Positions 18,960-24,673 of a DNA stretch of 24,673 bases are shown here, one piece after another (within the stretch, counting starts at the first letter, position 1; each line of letters starts with the position of its first letter). The position numbers and the translations under genes were made by a program. The stretch comes from a virus (taxonomy: Duplodnaviria > Heunggongvirae > Uroviricota > Caudoviricetes), in IMG/VR virus record IMGVR_UViG_2585427758_000016; one strand, written 5' to 3'. Under the pieces are notes generated by a model, which saw nothing but the letters and a program-made list of their open reading frames with translations, had not been told where the DNA came from and did no database searches.

Positions 18960-19038
18960 TTATTTTCCATCAAGACACCGCACGGTGTTCTCAGCAAACA
19001 GTTCCGCTACCCCGGCGTTAAGGGGAAATGAGGTCAGC

Positions 19039-19194
19039 ATGGATACTATCGATCTTGGCAACAGCGAATCTCTGGTATGTGGCGTGTTCCCCAACCAGGA
19101 CGGTACGTTCACCGCGATGACGTATACCAAAAGCAAAACGTTTAAAACCGAAAATGGTGCCCGTCGCTGGCTGGAAAGAAACCCAGGTGAGTGA
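19039..19194 (+). CDS. ydfA: YdfA-like small protein (DUF1391)
   Basis: 51 aa from the internal Met: MDTIDLGNSESLVCGVFPNQDGTFTAMTYTKSKTFKTENGARRW...; RBS aggggaaatgagg upstream. Confidence 0.75.
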   Translation: MDTIDLGNSESLVCGVFPNQDGTFTAMTYTKSKTFKTENGARRWLERNPGE

Positions 19195-19195
19195 T

Positions 19196-19324
19196 ATGGA
19201 TTTCGACACAATCATGGAAAAGGCTTACGAAGAATACTTCGAAGGTCTTGCCGACGGCGAAGAAGCTCTCAGCTTCAACGAATTTAAACAGGCGCTTTCC
19301 AGTTCGGCAAAATCTAACGGCTGA
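19196..19324 (+). CDS. ydfB: YdfB-like small protein (42 aa)
   Basis: Hand translation: MDFDTIMEKAYEEYFEGLADGEEALSFNEFKQALSSSAKSNG; below the ORF-track cutoff. Confidence 0.75.
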   Translation: MDFDTIMEKAYEEYFEGLADGEEALSFNEFKQALSSSAKSNG

Positions 19325-19353
19325 TAAGCGAAACAGCACCGCGAGGAATCAGT

Positions 19354-19572
19354 ATGCAGAAACGAGAACCCGTCATCATCGCGCCAGACTATACCGATGA
19401 TGAACTTTATGAGTGGATGCGCCAGAAAATTAATGCAGCGCAGGATTTGAAATGGGCCAATGAAACCAGGGCTAAGCAGGCTGAAAATCTGTCCGCTCTG
19501 GAGCAGGATATCACCAATCTGGAAAAAGCAGCGGCATTAAGCATTGCCAGAATGATTACATACCCGCGTTAG
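19354..19572 (+). CDS. ydfC: YdfC-like protein
   Basis: 72 aa ORF following ydfB; MQKREPVIIAPDYTDDELYEWMRQKINAAQDLKW... Confidence 0.8.
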   Translation: MQKREPVIIAPDYTDDELYEWMRQKINAAQDLKWANETRAKQAENLSALEQDITNLEKAAALSIARMITYPR

Positions 19573-19912
19573 TAGCTAATCAACAAAGCTAAGGTTAGTA
19601 ATTAAGGAGTTCTCCACGGGTGAGGTGGAGTGCGTGCGCCGGACACGGGTGAGCATCCGGCACTGACAGTTTACTGAAAGGATATTTCCCTGAAAAGTCA
19701 GACCATAACGCGAAAGCGCACGGCGAGGTAGCTGGTTCATAGATAGCCTGTCGTTAAATTTTCGTCGACCGTGCGCTTCCGGTTGTGGCAACCCGCGAAA
19801 TGGCGCGGCGGTAAGTATGGCGGGGTTATTCCTTCCCCGTTGAGGACACCGGGTTGTCAGGTTGACCATACGCTTAAGTGACAACCCCGCTGCAACGCCC
19901 TCTGTTATCAAT

Positions 19913-19970
19913 TTTCTGGTGACGTTTGGCGGTATCAGTTTTACTCCGTGACTGCTCTGCCGCCCTTTTT
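19913..19970 (+). ncRNA. dicF: DicF small RNA (ftsZ-targeting antisense sRNA) with its intrinsic terminator
   Basis: tttctggtgacgtttggcggtatcagttttactccgtgactgctctgccgcccttttt matches DicF as I recall it, including the ggcgg...ccgcc terminator stem and U-tail; lies between ydfC and dicB. Confidence 0.8.
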
Positions 19971-20139
19971 AAAGTGAATTTTGTGATGTGGTGAATGCGG
20001 CTGAGCGCACGCGGAACAGTTAAAACCAAAAACAGTGTTATGGGTGGATTCTCTGTATCCGGCGTTAATTGTTAACTGGTTAACGTCACCTGGAGGCACC
20101 AGGCACTGCATCACAAAATTCATTGTTGAGGACGCGATA

Positions 20140-20328
20140 ATGAAAACGTTATTACCAAACGTTAATACGTCTGAAGGTTGTTTTGAAATTGGTGTCACTA
20201 TCAGTAACCCAGTATTTACTGAAGATGCCATTAACAAGAGAAAACAAGAACGGGAGCTATTAAATAAAATATGCATTGTTTCAATGCTGGCTCGTTTACG
20301 TCTGATGCCAAAAGGATGTGCACAATGA
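20140..20328 (+). CDS. dicB: Cell-division inhibitor DicB
   Basis: 62 aa from the internal Met: MKTLLPNVNTSEGCFEIGVTISNPVFTEDAINKRKQERELLNKICIVSMLARLRLMPKGCAQ. Confidence 0.9.
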   Translation: MKTLLPNVNTSEGCFEIGVTISNPVFTEDAINKRKQERELLNKICIVSMLARLRLMPKGCAQ

Positions 20329-20516
20329 ATTCAGCATTTGTGCTTGTTCTGACAGTTTTTCTTGTTTCCGGAGAGCCAGTTGATATTGCAGTCAGTGTGC
20401 ACAGGACAATGCAGGAGTGTATGACTGCAGCAACCGAACAGAAAATTCCCGGTAACTGTTACCCGGTCGATAAAGTTATTCACCAGGATAATATCGAAAT
20501 CCCGGCAGGTCTTTAA
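20325..20516 (+). CDS. ydfD: YdfD-like small membrane (lysis-associated) protein
   Basis: 63 aa MNSAFVLVLTVFLVSGEPVDIAVSVHRTMQECMTAATEQKIPGNCYPVDKVIHQDNIEIPAGL; hydrophobic N-terminus; start overlaps the dicB stop (ATGA). Confidence 0.8.
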   Translation: MNSAFVLVLTVFLVSGEPVDIAVSVHRTMQECMTAATEQKIPGNCYPVDKVIHQDNIEIPAGL

Positions 20517-20609
20517 AACAGTTCCGTAATAAATATCCGGTTTCATTCTTATATGCCAGCAATGGCAGGGATTTGTTCATCCTTAAATCTGTCATGAGGT
20601 TAAAACAAA

Positions 20610-20867
20610 ATGAGTAAAGTCTTTATTTGCGCCGCTATTCCTGACGAACTGGCAACAAGGGAAGAAGGCGCTGTGGCTGTAGCCACAGCCATTGAAGCTG
20701 GCGACGAACGCCGTGCTCGAGCAAAATTTCACTGGCAGTTCCTGGAACATTATCCGGCTGCTCAGGACTGCGCTTATAAATTTATTGTCTGCGAGGATAA
20801 ACCTGGCATACCCCGCCCTGCCCTCGATTCATGGGATGCTGAATATGCAGGAAAACCGCTGGGATGA
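20610..20867 (+). CDS. Hypothetical protein (85 aa) upstream of the exonuclease
   Basis: ORF with an SD-like gaggt upstream; its 3' end overlaps the start region of the large exonuclease ORF in another frame. Confidence 0.45.
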   Translation: MSKVFICAAIPDELATREEGAVAVATAIEAGDERRARAKFHWQFLEHYPAAQDCAYKFIVCEDKPGIPRPALDSWDAEYAGKPLG

Positions 20868-23034
20868 GGAGTCTGCTTCTTTTGTCCCGGTTGAGACTGA
20901 ATCCGATCCGATGAACGTCACTTTTGACAAGCTGGCCCCTGAAGTACAGAACGCTGTCATGGTTAAGTTCGACACATGTGAAAACATCACCGTTGATATG
21001 GTTATTAGCGCACAGGAATTGTTGCAGGAAGACATGGCAACATTCGACGGACATATCGTTGAAGCGTTGATGAAAATGCCAGAAGTTAACGCCATGTATC
21101 CGGAGCTTAAGTTGCACGCCATTGGGTGGGTTAAGCATAAATGTATTCCTGGTGCTAAATGGCCCGAAATTCAGGCAGAGATGCGCATCTGGAAAAAACG
21201 TCGCGAAGGTGAACGCAAGGAAACCGGAAAATACACGTCTGTTGTTGATCTCGCCCGCGCCAGAACCAATCAACAGTACACTGAAAATTCAACAGGAAAA
21301 ATCAGCCCGGTCATTGCTGCCATTCATCGCGAATACAAGCAGACATGGAAAACACTGGATGACGAACTGGCCTACGCTCTCTGGCCTGGTGATGTGGATG
21401 CCGGAAACATTGACGGCAGCATCCATCGCTGGGCAAAAAAAGAAGTTATCGACAACGACCGCGAAGACTGGAAGCGTATCTCGGCATCAATGCGCAAACA
21501 GCCTGATGCCCTTCGCTACGACCGCCAGACTATTTTTGGCCTTGTCCGTGAGCGTCCGATCGACATTCACAAAGATCCCATAGCACTGAACAAATATATC
21601 TGCGAATACCTGACGACAAAGGGCGTGTTTGAGAATGAAGAAACAGACCTGGGCACTGTTGATGTTCCCCAGTCATCAGAAACACAAACTGATGCAGTGG
21701 AAACTGAGGTATCTGATATCCCAAAAAATGAAACCGCGCCGGAAGCTGAACCATCTGTAGAGCGTGAGGGGCCGTTCTATTTCCTCTTCGCAGATAAGGA
21801 CGGAGAAAAATACGGTCGCGCAAACAAACTTTCTGGTCTGGATAAGGCACTGGCTGCTGGCGCCACTGAAATCACAAAAGAAGAATATTTTGCCCGAAAA
21901 AATGGCACATACACGGGCTTACCGCAAAATGTAGATACCGCTGAAGATTCAGAACAACCAGAGCCGATAAAAGTTACCGCTGACGAAGTAAACAAAATTA
22001 TGCAGGCAGCCAATATCAGCCAGCCTGACGCCGATAAGTTGCTTGCTGCATCACGTGGTGAATTTGTTGAAGGGATTAGTGACCCGAATGATCCGAAATG
22101 GGTTAAGGGGATCCAGACCCGCGATTCTGTGAACCAGAACCAGCATGAATCGGAACGGAACTACCAAAAAGCGGAACAAAACAGCACAAATGCGTTACAA
22201 AACGAGCCAGAAACGAAACAGCCTGAACCAGTGGCGCAACTGGAAGTGGAAAAAGTCTGCACCGCCTGCGGTCAGACCGGCGGCGGCAACTGCCCTGATT
22301 GTGGCGCGGTGATGGGCGACGCAACATACCAGGAAACATTCGATGAAGAGTATCAGGTTGAAGTTCAGGAAGATGATCTGGAGGAAATGGAAGGCGCTGA
22401 ACATCCACACAAGGAGAACACTGGCGGCAATCAGCATCACAATAGCGATAATGAAACTGGCGAGACGGCAGATCACTCAATTAAGGTGAACGGTCATCAC
22501 GAAATCACATCCACCAGCAGGACGTGTGACCATCTAATGATCGACCTTGAAACCATGGGAAAAAATCCTGATGCCCCGATCATCTCAATAGGTGCAATAT
22601 TTTTCGATCTGGAAACTGCTGGCGGAGTCATTGATCGGGACACCATTAAATGGTGGCTTAAGCAATCACGCGAAGCGCAATCTGCCATTATGACCGATGA
22701 AATCCCGTTAGATGATGCACTGTTACAATTGCGGGAATTTATCGACGAAAACTCCGGTGAATTTTTTGTTCAGGTTTGGGGAAATGGAGCCAACTTCGAC
22801 AACACGATTTTGCGCCGTTCATACGAACGGCAGGGGATCCCCTGCCCGTGGCGTTACTACAACGATCGCGATGTACGCACAATCGTTGAGCTGGGGAAAG
22901 CCATAGACTTCGATGCCAGAACGGCTATTCCATTCGAAGGTGAGCGCCATAATGCACTTGATGACGCCCGTTACCAGGCAAAATACGTTTCAGTTATCTG
23001 GCAAAAACTGATCCCGAGTCAGGCTGATTCTTAA
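20836..23034 (+). CDS. Large prophage exonuclease: long N-terminal region, acidic linker with a CxxC...CxxC motif, and C-terminal DEDDh (DnaQ-like) 3'-5' exonuclease domain
   Basis: The ORF opens at 20692 but the first ~48 codons overlap the preceding gene and look non-native; likely start is MLNMQENRWDEE at 20836 or the Met at 20845. C-terminus shows Exo I (MIDLETMG), Exo II (WGNGANFDNTIL) and Exo III (HNALDDARYQAKY) motifs; occupies the exo/recE slot of the early-left operon. Confidence 0.8.
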   Translation: MLNMQENRWDEESASFVPVETESDPMNVTFDKLAPEVQNAVMVKFDTCENITVDMVISAQELLQEDMATFDGHIVEALMKMPEVNAMYPELKLHAIGWVKHKCIPGAKWPEIQAEMRIWKKRREGERKETGKYTSVVDLARARTNQQYTENSTGKISPVIAAIHREYKQTWKTLDDELAYALWPGDVDAGNIDGSIHRWAKKEVIDNDREDWKRISASMRKQPDALRYDRQTIFGLVRERPIDIHKDPIALNKYICEYLTTKGVFENEETDLGTVDVPQSSETQTDAVETEVSDIPKNETAPEAEPSVEREGPFYFLFADKDGEKYGRANKLSGLDKALAAGATEITKEEYFARKNGTYTGLPQNVDTAEDSEQPEPIKVTADEVNKIMQAANISQPDADKLLAASRGEFVEGISDPNDPKWVKGIQTRDSVNQNQHESERNYQKAEQNSTNALQNEPETKQPEPVAQLEVEKVCTACGQTGGGNCPDCGAVMGDATYQETFDEEYQVEVQEDDLEEMEGAEHPHKENTGGNQHHNSDNETGETADHSIKVNGHHEITSTSRTCDHLMIDLETMGKNPDAPIISIGAIFFDLETAGGVIDRDTIKWWLKQSREAQSAIMTDEIPLDDALLQLREFIDENSGEFFVQVWGNGANFDNTILRRSYERQGIPCPWRYYNDRDVRTIVELGKAIDFDARTAIPFEGERHNALDDARYQAKYVSVIWQKLIPSQADS

Positions 23035-23106
23035 TGTTCAACTGTCGCCGGTTGTGACTGGTATTCTGCAACCGGCGCTCGTCTAATGTAAGAGATAAAG
23101 AAATCG

Positions 23107-23358
23107 ATGAGCGAAGTAATCATGATTGTCTCTCCCGGCAAATGGGTATCCGAAGAGCAGTTAATTGCGCTGAAAGGAATAAAAAAAGGTACGTTAAAAA
23201 AGGCCCGGGAAAAATCGTTTATGGAAGGAAGGGAATATAAGCATGTCGCTCATGACGGTATGCCATGGGATAACAGCCCATGCTTTTACAACCTGGAAGA
23301 AATTGATCGCTGGATTGAGCGCCAGGCATCAGCGAGACCAAGACGTCATCTTACTTGA
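23107..23358 (+). CDS. xis: Excisionase-like protein (Xis)
   Basis: 83 aa basic protein immediately upstream of the integrase on the same strand. Confidence 0.6.
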   Translation: MSEVIMIVSPGKWVSEEQLIALKGIKKGTLKKAREKSFMEGREYKHVAHDGMPWDNSPCFYNLEEIDRWIERQASARPRRHLT

Positions 23359-23377
23359 CTAAAAGCCACACTAACTA

Positions 23378-24673
23378 ATGAGAGAAGTTGAAATGAAATA
23401 TCCGACAGGCGTGGAAAACCATGGAGGGAAATTACGTATCTGGTTTGTTTATAAAGGCGTAAGAGTCAGGGAAAATCTGGGGGTTCCTGACACAGCAAAA
23501 AACAGGCGCGTTGCAGGTGAACTACGCGCCTCTGTTTGTTACGCAATAAAAACTGGTGTTTTCGACTATGCAAAACAGTTTCCCTCCTCACGCAATCTGG
23601 AAAAATTTGGTGAGGCCCGACAAGATTTAACCATAAAAGAACTGGCTGAAAAATTTCTGGCACTGAAAGAAACTGAAGTCGCAAAAACATCACTCAACAC
23701 ATACCGTGCCGTCATCAAAAATATCCTGAGCATAATCGGTGAAAAAAATCTTGCCTCATCGATTAATAAAGAAAAATTACTGGAGGTTCGTAAAGAGCTA
23801 CTGACTGGATACCAGATCCCCAAAAGTAACTATATTGTTACACAACCAGGGAGATCGGCTGTAACTGTAAATAATTACATGACAAATCTTAACGCCGTGT
23901 TCCAGTTTGGTGTTGATAACGGTTACTTGGCAGATAACCCGTTTAAGGGGATCTCGCCATTAAAGGAATCAAGAACCATTCCGGATCCTCTTTCGCGGGA
24001 GGAATTCATCCGTCTTATCGATGCGTGCAGAAATCAGCAAGCCAAAAATTTATGGTGTGTTTCTGTTTATACTGGCGTTCGCCCTGGTGAGCTGTGTGCA
24101 CTTGGATGGGAGGACATAGATCTGAAAAATGGAACAATGATGATCAGGAGAAATTTAGCAAAAGACCGTTTCACGGTACCAAAAACACAGGCGGGAACCA
24201 ATCGGGTCATTCATCTTATTAAGCCAGCAATCGACGCTCTCCGGAGTCAGATGACATTAACGAGACTGAGCAAAGAGCATATCATTGATGTTCACCTCAG
24301 AGAGTATGGCAGAACAGAAAAACAAAAATGCACCTTTGTTTTTCAACCTGAAGTGTCAGCGAGAGTAAAAAATTATGGTGACCATTTTACCGTTGACTCA
24401 ATAAGGCAGATGTGGGACGCAGCGATAAAACGTGCCGGACTCCGCCATCGAAAATCATATCAGTCGAGACATACTTATGCCTGCTGGTCGCTGACAGCTG
24501 GTGCTAACCCGGCATTTATAGCAAACCAGATGGGCCATGCAGATGCGCAAATGGTATTTCAGGTATACGGAAAATGGATGTCTGAAAACAATAATGCACA
24601 GGTAGCTTTGTTAAATACACAGTTAAGCGAGTTTGTCCCAACCATGCCCCATAACGAAGCAATGAAAAATTAA
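23378..24673 (+). CDS. int: Tyrosine integrase (phage integrase family)
   Basis: 431 aa; catalytic-signature candidates VYTGVRPGEL (Arg), HxxR in SRHTYACWS, and the nucleophile Tyr in VFQVYGKW; the stop codon is the last codon of the window, so attachment site lies outside it. Confidence 0.9.
   Translation: MREVEMKYPTGVENHGGKLRIWFVYKGVRVRENLGVPDTAKNRRVAGELRASVCYAIKTGVFDYAKQFPSSRNLEKFGEARQDLTIKELAEKFLALKETEVAKTSLNTYRAVIKNILSIIGEKNLASSINKEKLLEVRKELLTGYQIPKSNYIVTQPGRSAVTVNNYMTNLNAVFQFGVDNGYLADNPFKGISPLKESRTIPDPLSREEFIRLIDACRNQQAKNLWCVSVYTGVRPGELCALGWEDIDLKNGTMMIRRNLAKDRFTVPKTQAGTNRVIHLIKPAIDALRSQMTLTRLSKEHIIDVHLREYGRTEKQKCTFVFQPEVSARVKNYGDHFTVDSIRQMWDAAIKRAGLRHRKSYQSRHTYACWSLTAGANPAFIANQMGHADAQMVFQVYGKWMSENNNAQVALLNTQLSEFVPTMPHNEAMKN

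Noticed and set aside
19576-19911. 111 aa minus-strand ORF
   Set aside because: Lies antisense in the untranslated leader preceding DicF; the region is better explained as structured RNA.
20782-22688. Several minus-strand ORFs (163, 97, 106, 78, 125, 93 and 63 aa)
   Set aside because: All are antisense to, and nested within, the large exonuclease coding region; Cys/Ser/Arg-rich low-complexity translations.

Overview
This window reads as the reverse-oriented early, lysis and packaging half of a lambdoid (Qin-like) prophage from E. coli/Shigella. All gene names are assigned from memory of K-12 Qin, lambda and phage 21 proteins and from motifs read in the translations; no database search was run. 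Left to right: terminase large subunit gpA (minus strand, running off the window at position 1) and Nu1, then a lambda-type cos site, a small accessory cluster (ynfO-like, DUF1398/ydfO-like, gnsB-like, cspI-like), a phage 21-type lysis cassette (Rz/Rz1, SAR endolysin, ydfR-like, dual-start pinholin), cspB/cspF-like genes, antiterminator Q with a candidate pR'/tR', ydfU, rem, the relB-relE-hokD toxin operon with its operator, and flxA with a sigma-28 promoter. Downstream of flxA sits an inserted DDE transposase gene followed by about 1.5 kb of apparently decayed sequence and a short DNA methyltransferase fragment. The rest is an O-like replication gene with embedded iterons, a DicC/DicA immunity switch with TTAGA-type palindromic operators, the ydfA-ydfB-ydfC-dicF-dicB-ydfD operon, a large exonuclease with a C-terminal DEDDh domain, and excisionase plus tyrosine integrase at the right edge. 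No CRISPR array, rRNA or tRNA was found. I did not find a clearly novel system; the most unusual items are the lone exonuclease fusion with no annealing-protein partner, the replication origin inside the O-like gene, and the insertion-associated decay zone.
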